Source of the DNA: Candidatus Nanosyncoccus sp.
Lineage (GTDB): Bacteria > Patescibacteriota > Saccharimonadia > Saccharimonadales > Saccharimonadaceae
Length of the DNA: 64,000 nt
NCBI GenBank assembly: GCA_045603565.1
Contig: JAZUML010000003.1
Coordinates: forward strand, 13,818 to 77,817
Direction of reading: 5' to 3'
Part shown: one piece after another, positions 55,293-63,938 of the stretch
Layout: the number at the start of each line of letters is the position of its first letter
How positions within the stretch are numbered: position 1 is the stretch's first letter
Translations under genes and position numbers: made by a program
Notes under the pieces: generated by a model
Told to the model about the DNA's origin: nothing
Databases searched by the model: none
What the model saw: the letters and a program-made list of their open reading frames with translations, nothing else

Positions 55293-57425
55293 ATGAATTT
55301 AAAAGAAGAAGAGCGTCGTGCCCGGCTCTTAAAATCTAGGGCAGAAAGATTACCAGATATTAAGAAGCAATTTGAAGAGGCACAGAATCGGAATTTTAAT
55401 TCGAACTTTCAGCCTGGTGGTAAAGATGAAAAGTTGGTGAAAAAACCTAAGACTACCAAGGCGACTAAGGCCAAGAAGGCTACTGCGAAAGCAGCGCCTT
55501 TAACGGCGAAGGACAAGGCGAGACAAGAAGCCGAACAGCGCAAGGTAAATCTGTCTGTATCTGTCAAAAAAGGCGACATGGTGCACCACCAAAGAATGTT
55601 GTCGCAAGACGTGAATGCGCAAGCTACTCAACATATTATTGGAATTCCAGTCAATAAGTCGAAATACAATGGTTATAATGGCGAGCAGGTAACCAATGCG
55701 AAGATTAAGCAGGCTCGTCCTGATCCGGATGCGGTAAGAATTATTCCGATTGGCGGACTTGGTGAATTTGGTATTGGTAAAAACATGACGATTTTTGAGT
55801 ATAAGTCCGAAATAATTGTCGTAGATATGGGTGTGTTGTTTGCGGGCGAGGATTACCCTGGCGTTAATTATATGATTCCGGATATTAAATACTTGGAAGA
55901 CAATCGTGATAAAGTGAAGGCGATTTTGTTTTCGCACGCACATCTAGATCATATTGGAGCGTGTCGTCATCTTTTGCCAAAATTTGGACCGCTAGTTCCG
56001 ATTTATGGAACTGATTTTACGATTGGAATGATTAAGAAACAAATGTCCGAATTAGAAGAAGAGCCGGATTTGAATTATCAAGTGGTGGATCCGCTGAAGC
56101 ACGAAAAGTTCCAGGTGAGTGAGCATTTTTCGGTAGAGTTTATTCATACTTTACATTCGATTCCGGGAAATACTGCAATAGTGCTGCGTACCCCGAATGG
56201 CGTGATTTATCTTTCGGGTGACTGGCGTCACGAGGAAAATCCGATGGGTGTACAGACGGATTACGAAAGAATTGATGAAATTGTGGCAAAAGAGGGGATC
56301 GACTTGATGCTCAACGAATCTACTAATATTGATTCGCCAGGGCGTCACCCACATTCAGAATATGATATTGGCGAAAACATGGGTAAAGTGATGGACCATT
56401 ATGTGAATGGCCGGGTGATTATTTCGTGTTTCTCGTCGCAGATTGCGAGAATTGAGTTAGTCCTGAAGGAAGCGGCGAAGCGTGGTCGCAAGGTAGCGTT
56501 TAGTGGATTTTCGATGATAAACAACTTGGAAGTGGCACTTCGCGCGCGAGCGATTAAGGTGCCAAAAGATACAATTGTAAAAATGGAAGATATTATTAAA
56601 CTTCCAGACGAGAAAGTTTGTATTGTTTGTACGGGCTCGCAAGGTGAGTTAAACGCGGTCCTCAGTCGGATGATTAGTGGCGCGCATAAATATATCAAGA
56701 TTAAGTCCACCGACACGATAGTATTTTCGTCTAATCCGATTCCTGGTAACGAGCCGCATGTGGTGTCGACAGTGGACGGACTTTTGCGCGAAGGTGCGCA
56801 GGTGATTCAAAACGGTAAAACGCACCTTACTAATATTGGGCCACTTCATTTGTCGGGTCACGCATACTATGAGGATCATGTGGAATTTGTAACTAGGCTA
56901 CATCCGACTAACTATTTGCCATATCACGGTGAGTTTTATATGTTGGAACATAACGCAGAGATGGCGGAGAACGTGCTTGGTATTCCGCACGACAATATTC
57001 TAGTGGCGGATGACGGCGATGTGGTGGAATTTACAAAAGACAAGAAAATCCGCAAGGCTGGGAGAATTCAGGTAGGGAATAAACTTTATGATGATGCGGA
57101 TCAGCAAGTTCATGAAGCTGTGATCAAAGACCGGATTCATATTTCGCGTGAAGGAATATTTGTGATAATTTTGACTTTGAATAAAAAGACTGGGCATTTG
57201 ATGAAGACACCAGATATTGTGTCGCGGGCGTTTATTTATCTAGATAATTCGGAAGAGTTGATTGGCAAGATTCGACATTATCTGCGACAAAAGACTGATA
57301 AATCGATTTCGACCGACCCGGAAATGAAGGTATTAAAAGAAGAAATCAAAGAAGACATTACACATATTTTGTTTGATGCGACTGGCCATACGCCAATTGT
57401 AATTCCGGTGATAAATAAGGTATAA
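55293..57425 (+). CDS. rnj: Ribonuclease J with a ~145-aa N-terminal extension
   Basis: IIPIGGLGEFGIGKN, SHAHLDHIGA, HSIPG, CTGSQGE, PIPGNE, HLSGHA, PYHGE. Confidence 0.96.
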   Translation: MNLKEEERRARLLKSRAERLPDIKKQFEEAQNRNFNSNFQPGGKDEKLVKKPKTTKATKAKKATAKAAPLTAKDKARQEAEQRKVNLSVSVKKGDMVHHQRMLSQDVNAQATQHIIGIPVNKSKYNGYNGEQVTNAKIKQARPDPDAVRIIPIGGLGEFGIGKNMTIFEYKSEIIVVDMGVLFAGEDYPGVNYMIPDIKYLEDNRDKVKAILFSHAHLDHIGACRHLLPKFGPLVPIYGTDFTIGMIKKQMSELEEEPDLNYQVVDPLKHEKFQVSEHFSVEFIHTLHSIPGNTAIVLRTPNGVIYLSGDWRHEENPMGVQTDYERIDEIVAKEGIDLMLNESTNIDSPGRHPHSEYDIGENMGKVMDHYVNGRVIISCFSSQIARIELVLKEAAKRGRKVAFSGFSMINNLEVALRARAIKVPKDTIVKMEDIIKLPDEKVCIVCTGSQGELNAVLSRMISGAHKYIKIKSTDTIVFSSNPIPGNEPHVVSTVDGLLREGAQVIQNGKTHLTNIGPLHLSGHAYYEDHVEFVTRLHPTNYLPYHGEFYMLEHNAEMAENVLGIPHDNILVADDGDVVEFTKDKKIRKAGRIQVGNKLYDDADQQVHEAVIKDRIHISREGIFVIILTLNKKTGHLMKTPDIVSRAFIYLDNSEELIGKIRHYLRQKTDKSISTDPEMKVLKEEIKEDITHILFDATGHTPIVIPVINKV

Positions 57426-57433
57426 TAATATAT

Positions 57434-58195
57434 ATGTACGACGTAATAGTTGTGGGGGCAGGAATTGCAGGTTTGACCGCGGGGATTTATGTGGTGCGAG
57501 CTGGGAAAAAAGTATTAGTGTTAGAGTCTGGTGCGATTGGTGGACAAATTATTACCGCGCCGAGATTGGAAAATTGGCCAGGAGGATTTGGTGTTTCTGG
57601 TGCAGATTTGATGAAAGATATTCACAAGCAAGCTACCGAACTTGGAGTGAAAGTAGAATATGAAGAAGTAGAAAAAATCGAAAAAAAGGATGACAGTTTT
57701 TTGGTGACGACGGATGACGGCGAGTATACTTCGTATGCCGTGATATTGGCAACTGGCACGGTACCGAGAGAACTAAGCGAGAAGCAGACGAAGGATGCAG
57801 GAAAAAGAGCGATTTCTTATTGCGCGACTTGTGATGGAGCTTTGTATAAAGGAAAACCCGTAGTGGTAGTGGGCAGTGGGGATACGGCCAAGCAAGAAAT
57901 GGACTATTTGGAGAATATTGCTTCTCGTGTTTACCATATTCACCACGACGATCCCATTCCGGAAGAGGCGGTGGCGGTATTTGTAGCGATTGGACGGATT
58001 CCTGCGACGAAGAATTTTTCTGATTTGGTCGAATTAGATCAAAACGGTTATATTATTGCTGGAGAAGATTGTAAAACTTCTTGTCCGGGTGTGTTTGTGG
58101 CAGGAGATTGCCGGACGAAATTAGTGAAACAGCTAGTGACAGCAGCTTCTGATGGTGCGGTAGCAGCTAAGGCCGCTATTGACTATCTGAAATAA
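57434..58195 (+). CDS. trxB: Thioredoxin reductase-like flavoprotein, internally shortened (253 aa)
   Basis: GAGIAG FAD motif, SYCATCDG redox CxxC, VFVAGD, QLVTAASDGAVAA. Confidence 0.85.
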   Translation: MYDVIVVGAGIAGLTAGIYVVRAGKKVLVLESGAIGGQIITAPRLENWPGGFGVSGADLMKDIHKQATELGVKVEYEEVEKIEKKDDSFLVTTDDGEYTSYAVILATGTVPRELSEKQTKDAGKRAISYCATCDGALYKGKPVVVVGSGDTAKQEMDYLENIASRVYHIHHDDPIPEEAVAVFVAIGRIPATKNFSDLVELDQNGYIIAGEDCKTSCPGVFVAGDCRTKLVKQLVTAASDGAVAAKAAIDYLK

Positions 58196-58260
58196 ATATG
58201 TGATAATAAAGGTAGCTATTTGTTTTGTAGGTACCTTAATTCGTTTGAAAGGGGGTAAAA

Positions 58261-58383
58261 ATGGGCGAGAAACTAAAAAGAGTCGCAATAGGCTCTTTTG
58301 CGATAATTGGTGTAGTGACAGTAGCGACGACAATGATGCTGTTCGCTATGGTGGTTATGCCAGAATATGTGAGGTATAGTTAG
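58261..58383 (+). CDS. Small (40 aa) single-TM peptide
   Basis: GGGGG RBS; MGEKLKRVAIGSFAIIGVVTVATTMMLFAMVVMPEYVRYS*; followed by a terminator; below the ORF track cutoff. Confidence 0.5.
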   Translation: MGEKLKRVAIGSFAIIGVVTVATTMMLFAMVVMPEYVRYS

Positions 58384-58397
58384 GAGCAAATAGCATG

Positions 58398-58421
58398 AGC
58401 GGGGTTAAAATACCCCGCTTT
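58398..58421 (+). terminator. Intrinsic terminator
   Basis: AGCGGGGT-TAAAAT-ACCCCGCT-TT. Confidence 0.65.
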
Positions 58422-58448
58422 GCCATATCTGTGATATAATAATAGCGT

Positions 58449-58533
58449 GCCCGAGTGGCGGAATTGGTATACGCGTTCGACTTAAAATCGAATGGAGAAA
58501 TCCATATGGGTTCAAGTCCCATCTCGGGCACCA
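58449..58533 (+). tRNA. tRNA-Leu(TAA)
   Basis: GCCCGAG/CTCGGGC acceptor, TTCGA-CT TAA AA-TCGAA, long variable arm, TTCAAGT, CCA. Confidence 0.96.
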
Positions 58534-58576
58534 TGCATCTGAAGATGCATGAAAAAGTAGGACGTTGTTCTGCGAA

Positions 58577-58598
58577 TCAAGTCCCATCTCGGGCACCA
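58577..58598 (+). repeat. 22-bp direct duplication of the tRNA-Leu 3' end
   Basis: TCAAGTCCCATCTCGGGCACCA identical to 58512-58533. Confidence 0.92.
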
Positions 58599-58607
58599 CT
58601 GAATTTG

Positions 58608-59963
58608 ATGAGTTATATTGCGATTGATCTTAAGTCTTTTTATGCTTCCGTAGAATGCGTGGAGCGAGGGTTGGACCCTTTGACTGCGAAATTGGTAGTG
58701 GCGGATGAGTCGCGAACTGATAAAACAATTTGTTTGGCAGTTTCGCCGGCCTTGAAAGCTCTTGGTATTCCTGGGCGCGCAAGGTTATACGAGGTGAAGC
58801 AAAAAGCAAAGGATTTTATTATCGCTCCGCCGAGAATGGCTTATTATATTAGCTATAGTACACGTATATATAATATATATCTTCGTTATATTGCCGAAGA
58901 AGACATGCATGTTTATTCGATTGACGAAGTTTTTATTGATGCAACGCCGTATTTAAAAAACTATAAAATGACAGCTAGGGAATTAGCAATAAAAATAATA
59001 AAAGAGGTTTTGGCTGAGACTGGCGTGACGGCCACAGTGGGAATTGGAACGAATTTGTATCTTGCGAAGGTGGCGATGGATATTGTGGCAAAACACGAAG
59101 AGCCGGATGAGGACGGAGTGCGTATTGCTGAGCTAGACGAGATGAGCTACCGACAAAAACTGTGGGAGCACAAGCCGTTGACGGATTTTTGGCGTGTGGG
59201 TAAAGGCTATGCGAGGAGATTAAAAAGCGCAGGGCTAAATACGATGGGCGATATTGCGCTTTGTTCGGAGCATGATGAAGACTATTTATATAAAATGTTT
59301 GGTGTAAATGCGGAACTTTTGATTGACCACGCGTGGGGATGGGAGCCGTGTGAAATAGCTGACATCCGAAAATATCGACCAAAAAGTAATTCGTTTTCGT
59401 CTGGGCAAGTTTTGAAGGAGCCGTATAGTTTTGAAAAGGCACGTACGGTGGCAAGGGAAATGGCGGAAGAGGTGGGCTTGTCGCTACTTAGGAAGGGCTT
59501 AGTAACAGAGCAGGTGGTTTTGACGGTGGGCTATGATAAGGCTAGTTTAGTTAATTATAGTGGCGAAACAAAAGCGGACTTTTATGGTAGGACAGTGCCA
59601 AAGCCTGCCCATGGTACTCATAATTTGCGCGAATATAGCGCTTCGACTGAGGAAATATCGCGAGCAGTGGCGGATTTGTTTGAAAGAATAGTTGATCCGA
59701 AGCTATTGGTGCGTAGAATCAATATTGACGTAAATCACGTCATAAGAGAAGAAGATGCGGCAAAAATTCCGAGACAACTTGATTTGTTTGTAGATTTGAA
59801 TAAGCCAAAAAATCAGAAATTAAAAAAAGAGAAACGTGCGAACGAGGCAATTATTGCGATAAAAAGACGATACGGTAAGAATGCAATTTTGAAGGGAATA
59901 AATTTTGAAGAGGGAGCGACGGGGCGAGAGCGTAATACGCAAATCGGAGGACACCGAGGATGA
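58608..59963 (+). CDS. Y-family DNA polymerase (UmuC/DinB-like)
   Basis: IAIDLKSFYASVEC, YSIDEVFID, GIGTNLYLAK, FWRVGKG, IKRRYGKNAILKG; start moved out of the tRNA to ATG 58608. Confidence 0.93.
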   Translation: MSYIAIDLKSFYASVECVERGLDPLTAKLVVADESRTDKTICLAVSPALKALGIPGRARLYEVKQKAKDFIIAPPRMAYYISYSTRIYNIYLRYIAEEDMHVYSIDEVFIDATPYLKNYKMTARELAIKIIKEVLAETGVTATVGIGTNLYLAKVAMDIVAKHEEPDEDGVRIAELDEMSYRQKLWEHKPLTDFWRVGKGYARRLKSAGLNTMGDIALCSEHDEDYLYKMFGVNAELLIDHAWGWEPCEIADIRKYRPKSNSFSSGQVLKEPYSFEKARTVAREMAEEVGLSLLRKGLVTEQVVLTVGYDKASLVNYSGETKADFYGRTVPKPAHGTHNLREYSASTEEISRAVADLFERIVDPKLLVRRINIDVNHVIREEDAAKIPRQLDLFVDLNKPKNQKLKKEKRANEAIIAIKRRYGKNAILKGINFEEGATGRERNTQIGGHRG

Positions 59964-60163
59964 AAAAATACGATGAGATTAAAAATCACCCGCACTATGA
60001 GCCAAAAAACCATCCAAGGATGTCTCGCGAGATGAGGGCAGCGCAATTTGCACCATATGCGGCTTTAACCGGTTATGCAGAGGCAATAAAAAAGACGGCA
60101 AAATTTGCCGAAATGAGGAAAGCCCCCGGTGCGCGCATTGTGCGCGGAACCGAGGGCTTGTAG
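59960..60163 (+). CDS. YolD-like accessory protein, apparently truncated
   Basis: HPRMSREMRAAQFAPYAALTGY motif typical of small genes downstream of umuC; the C-terminus is read through a GC hairpin. Confidence 0.6.
   Translation: MKKYDEIKNHPHYEPKNHPRMSREMRAAQFAPYAALTGYAEAIKKTAKFAEMRKAPGARIVRGTEGL
60119..60159. terminator. GC-rich hairpin, probable terminator of the convergent gene
   Basis: AAGCCC..CGGT..CGCGCA/TGCGCG..ACCG..GGGCTT. Confidence 0.55.
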
Positions 60164-60177
60164 TCACCTCCTAATTG

Positions 60178-60924
60178 TTAGATGAATTTCGGTAACGAGT
60201 CGAACTTCGCTTTTAGCTCTGGATCGAGGACTCCTCTACCGTCGCGAAGTGATGGGGCGTAGATGTTTTTGCATGTCAGGAATCCGGCGAGGTTCAACTC
60301 GTTTAGAATCCACGAGCCTCGCGCGAGATAGGTCTTGCCATCCAGATAGACGAACGCGACCAGGACCTTGTTTGTGCAGTAATGTCCGAGCTTTTCGCGG
60401 CCGGTCTCGTTTAGAATACCGACTGATTGAAGAGCTGGATAGTACGTAGACTCTATGCCATTCACTTGAATTCGCATACCTTTTTCGGGAACTTGCAGGC
60501 ACTTGCTGAGCGCACGATCGCTGATCTCACGGATGTGATGAGCGGCGCAATATGCGCGGCACTCTTTTTCGAACGCTTGTTCGTACGACTTCTGTGCGGC
60601 TGCGCGAAGCTTAGCCCATTTGTCGGCTTGCTCGAACGGTAGATCGCCATTAGAGCAGGGGACGTAGAACCATTCTTTGGTGAAGCCGGCATCTTCGAGG
60701 GTCTCTTCGGTCTCGTGCGTGTAAGGAGTGACGAAGAACTGGTTGTCGCAAATGTATGCGATGGTAGAGTTGTTCGTCGCGTAGACGGAACGACCATTGA
60801 ACTCGCCGATTGCTTCTGACATGTCGAGAGCTCCGATCCTATTGCCCTGATGAGGCCAGATGACCTTAGTACCCTCCTTGATCAGGATGCTGTTGCTTTT
60901 GAGCTCTTGCAGTGCTTCCTTCAT
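60178..60924 (-). CDS. Hypothetical protein, visibly higher GC, with an internal two-domain repeat
   Basis: AAGGAG RBS before MKEALQELK; IAYICDNQFFV...AGF...YVP..NG and VAFVYLDGKTY...AGF...YAP..DG halves. Confidence 0.7.
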   Translation of the reverse strand: MKEALQELKSNSILIKEGTKVIWPHQGNRIGALDMSEAIGEFNGRSVYATNNSTIAYICDNQFFVTPYTHETEETLEDAGFTKEWFYVPCSNGDLPFEQADKWAKLRAAAQKSYEQAFEKECRAYCAAHHIREISDRALSKCLQVPEKGMRIQVNGIESTYYPALQSVGILNETGREKLGHYCTNKVLVAFVYLDGKTYLARGSWILNELNLAGFLTCKNIYAPSLRDGRGVLDPELKAKFDSLPKFI

Positions 60925-61094
60925 TTGCTTCTCCTTTGCTTTTGGTGAAGGATGGTTGCGGCGTATTCCGCAACTCAGTCTAACCACTTTTATGATTAGG
61001 CTGAGTTGCAGAATATTAGGGGTGACTGTTAAGGTGCTGTGTATTTATATTATATCACGCTTGTGATATTTTGTCAATAGTGTATAATAGAGGT

Positions 61095-61916
61095 GTGAAT
61101 ATAATGTATTGTGGCGATAAAGGTATTAACAGGGGGGTTTTGGTATCGATTTTGTCGATTTTGAAGCATAACAGGGGTGTTTTACATTTTTATATTTTGA
61201 CGATTAATTACGAGAATACAGAGGCGTTTACTGAGAAGTCTGCGAAATTTTTGGATGAATTAGTGAAAAAAACTAATCCGAAGAGTTTTGTGAAACTAAT
61301 TGACGCTTCGGAAGTGTTTACGGCGAATTTGCCGTCTAAAAATATGAAATCGTATTTTACGCCCTGTTCGATGCTCCGGCTTTATGCAGATAAGGTGCCG
61401 GAAATTGCGGCTTTAGATAGGGTGTTGTATTTAGATTACGATGTGATGTGTCGGGGAGATTTGACGGAGTTTTATAATACGAATATGGAAGGAGTTGAGG
61501 CGGCGGGAGTATTGGATATTTATGGAAAGAATTTTTATCATTACCATGGTTTGTTCAAGTTTGATTATATGAACTCGGGAGTGATGTTGTTTAATATGGA
61601 AGAATGTCTAGAGACGGGAATGTTTGAAAAGGCCGTGACTCTATGTGCTAAAAGGTGGATGATGCTAGCGGATCAGGCGGCGCTGAACAAGAGTATTAGT
61701 GAACGGAAATTGATGCCGAGAAAGTATAATGAACAAGGAGAGAGACCTAGGGAAGATACGGTTTTACATCATTTCAGTAATAATTTTAAGTTTTGGCCGT
61801 TTTTCCATGTGCAAAAAGTGAAGCCATTTGAGATTGAGAAAATACATACTGTTTTAAAAATTACGGAATACGACGATATTTTGAATGAATACCGTAGACT
61901 AAAAAGTAATTTATAG
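61095..61916 (+). CDS. Glycosyltransferase family 8
   Basis: SILSILKH, MLRLY, VLYLDYD (DxD), YMNSGVML, ADQAALN; start likely GTG 61095. Confidence 0.9.
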   Translation: MNIMYCGDKGINRGVLVSILSILKHNRGVLHFYILTINYENTEAFTEKSAKFLDELVKKTNPKSFVKLIDASEVFTANLPSKNMKSYFTPCSMLRLYADKVPEIAALDRVLYLDYDVMCRGDLTEFYNTNMEGVEAAGVLDIYGKNFYHYHGLFKFDYMNSGVMLFNMEECLETGMFEKAVTLCAKRWMMLADQAALNKSISERKLMPRKYNEQGERPREDTVLHHFSNNFKFWPFFHVQKVKPFEIEKIHTVLKITEYDDILNEYRRLKSNL

Positions 61917-61992
61917 CATGAAATATCCTTTTTCGGACACGCTCGAGGGCGCTCGCCCAGGCTTATGGTCCTCAAAAGGATAATTCATGCTA
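61914..61992. repeat. Short family A-like palindromic element between GT8 and the acyltransferase
   Basis: 19-bp arms TAGCATGAAATATCCTTTT/AAAAGGATAATTCATGCTA; inner ends GACACGCTCG...GGTCCTCAAAAG match the tsaD copy (GACACGCTCG...GGTCTCGAAAG). Confidence 0.7.
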
Positions 61993-62002
61993 TTATATAT
62001 TT

Positions 62003-62836
62003 ATGGCGCAGGCGGAATTGTTTCAAAAAGATATACCGAAGGATGAACGGGTTTTTTATTATGAATCGGAAGAGGATGACCCGATTAAAACTGATGAGCA
62101 AGTAAAGAAAGTGGAAGTCGGGTTGCCGGAAGGTTATGAATTTATTCCGAAGCATTGGTGGACGAGGGTGTGGTCGGCGATTTTATTTCGATTGTTTTGG
62201 ATTTTTGGACAGTGGTACGAAAGACACTATTGGCAGGCGAATTTTTATGGACGCGAAAAATTGAAAGAAGCGCAGGGAAAGGGATATGTGATTTATGCAA
62301 ATCACACCAATCCGTTTCATGATGTATTTGGACCGGCGGTGGCAGCGGATAGGCGGATTTTTACAATTATTAGCCCGGTGAATTTGAAGGTACCCGGGAT
62401 TGGTAAGTTTTTGCCTTTGATTGGCGGAATGCCACTTGGGAAAACTAAGGAAGAAAAAGCGGCTTTTCATGAGGCAATCGACAAAAGATTGGCGCAAAAA
62501 AAGTGCGTGGTGATTTATCCGGAAGCGCATGTGTGGCCGTATGCAACGAATATTCGTAAATTTCCGGCAGGAGATAAGTCATTTAAATATGCTACGAGAA
62601 ATAACTTGCCGATTTTTACGATGACTACAACTTATCACAAGAGAAATAATAAGAAACATGGTGATTTACCGCGGATGGAAGTGTATTTGGATGGGCCGTT
62701 TTTCCCTGATGCTGATAAGACCGAGGAAGAAAACCGCGCAATTTTAGCAAAAAAAGCTTATGATTCTATGGTAAAATATAGCAAGAAAAGTACTTACGAA
62801 TACTTTAAATATATCAAGAAATCAGATAAGAAATAG
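62003..62836 (+). CDS. Lysophospholipid/glycerol acyltransferase (PlsC/LPLAT family)
   Basis: ANHTNPFHD (HxxxxD), IYPEAH, F.YA..NNLPI. Confidence 0.85.
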   Translation: MAQAELFQKDIPKDERVFYYESEEDDPIKTDEQVKKVEVGLPEGYEFIPKHWWTRVWSAILFRLFWIFGQWYERHYWQANFYGREKLKEAQGKGYVIYANHTNPFHDVFGPAVAADRRIFTIISPVNLKVPGIGKFLPLIGGMPLGKTKEEKAAFHEAIDKRLAQKKCVVIYPEAHVWPYATNIRKFPAGDKSFKYATRNNLPIFTMTTTYHKRNNKKHGDLPRMEVYLDGPFFPDADKTEEENRAILAKKAYDSMVKYSKKSTYEYFKYIKKSDKK

Positions 62837-63817
62837 ATGAGTATATTCAATACGGGGATGAATCCCTTCAAAAAAACTAAAGTCGTGCCGATTTTTTATA
62901 CGATTACGGATGACTATGCTAAATATGCAGCGGCGTCGATTCATTCTTTGATGAAGCATGCGGACCCAAAGCGGCATTATAGAGTGATTATCATGTATGA
63001 TCGATTGAGTTTGCCGAATCGATGGCGGCTGCGCAATATGGTGACAAAGAATGTGGCGATTGAATTTAGCAAAATGAAATATAATCTCTACATGCAGATA
63101 ATTGTGCGATACTGCGCAAAGCGTTCTGGGTCGGGAGATTTCTTTGCAAGAGCGGTTTATTACTATCGTTCTTTTATTGCGAGGTTATTTCCTCAGTACG
63201 ATAAGGGAATATATGTAGATAGTGATACGATTTTGATGGGAGATATTGGGGAATTATACGACATAGATTTAGGTGAAAAGGTGATTGCGGCACGCGTAGA
63301 TCCGAAGGTGGCGATGGTGCCAGAGTTCGTAAGCTACGTGGAGAATGCGCTAGATATCCCAGCTAAGGAATATGTAAACTCTGGTGTATTGTTGATGGAT
63401 CTTAAAAAATTACGCAAATTACATTATATTACAAGGATGACGGATATGATCCGTGAATACGATGCGGATTTGGTGGCGCCAGATCAAGATTATTTGAATG
63501 TAATTTTGAAGGGTAAAATAATGAAACTTGGCAAGGAGTGGAATTTGCAGCCAGAGGGTGAAGAACCAAAAGGTGCCAAATTACTTCATTTTAATTTGTC
63601 GAAAAAACCGTGGTTTCATGATGACGTAAACTCGGGAGAATTGTTTTGGGAAGCAGCGCGGGGAACTGGATTTTATGGTGACTTGATGCGCGGAAAAGAG
63701 CGATATACTCTGGATGATGAGCGAGTAAATGATTTACAAATTAAGGCTCTGGTAGAGAAAGCAGCAAAACTTGCCGAGGTTAAAGAGCCAGTGATAAAAA
63801 TTGTTGAGAAGCAATAG
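62837..63817 (+). CDS. Glycosyltransferase family 8
   Basis: YAKYAAASIHSL, YYRSFI, YVDSD, YVNSGVLL, PDQDYLN, LHFNLSKKPW. Confidence 0.92.
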   Translation: MSIFNTGMNPFKKTKVVPIFYTITDDYAKYAAASIHSLMKHADPKRHYRVIIMYDRLSLPNRWRLRNMVTKNVAIEFSKMKYNLYMQIIVRYCAKRSGSGDFFARAVYYYRSFIARLFPQYDKGIYVDSDTILMGDIGELYDIDLGEKVIAARVDPKVAMVPEFVSYVENALDIPAKEYVNSGVLLMDLKKLRKLHYITRMTDMIREYDADLVAPDQDYLNVILKGKIMKLGKEWNLQPEGEEPKGAKLLHFNLSKKPWFHDDVNSGELFWEAARGTGFYGDLMRGKERYTLDDERVNDLQIKALVEKAAKLAEVKEPVIKIVEKQ

Positions 63818-63830
63818 ATTCTTTAGTTAA

Positions 63831-63862
63831 ATAAAAATCCCAGACTTGGTGCTGGGTTTTAT
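63831..63862. terminator. Bidirectional terminator between GT8 and tRNA-Cys
   Basis: ATAAAAATCCCAG...CTGGGTTTTAT. Confidence 0.65.
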
Positions 63863-63864
63863 GA

Positions 63865-63938
63865 TGGAGGCGCCTACCGGAATTGAACCGGTGTACGCGG
63901 TTTTGCAGACCGCTGCGTAACCACTCCGCCAAAGCGCC
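63865..63938 (-). tRNA. tRNA-Cys(GCA)
   Basis: GGCGCTT/AGGCGCC acceptor, GCGGT-CT GCA AA-ACCGC, TTCAATT, CCA. Confidence 0.96.

Noticed and set aside
58455-58607. N-terminal 51 codons of the ORF-track polymerase
   Set aside because: They overlap tRNA-Leu and its 3' duplication; family homology begins at ATG 58608
680-62530. Numerous short antisense or alternate-frame ORFs in the ORF track
   Set aside because: They overlap well-supported genes and show no recognisable motifs
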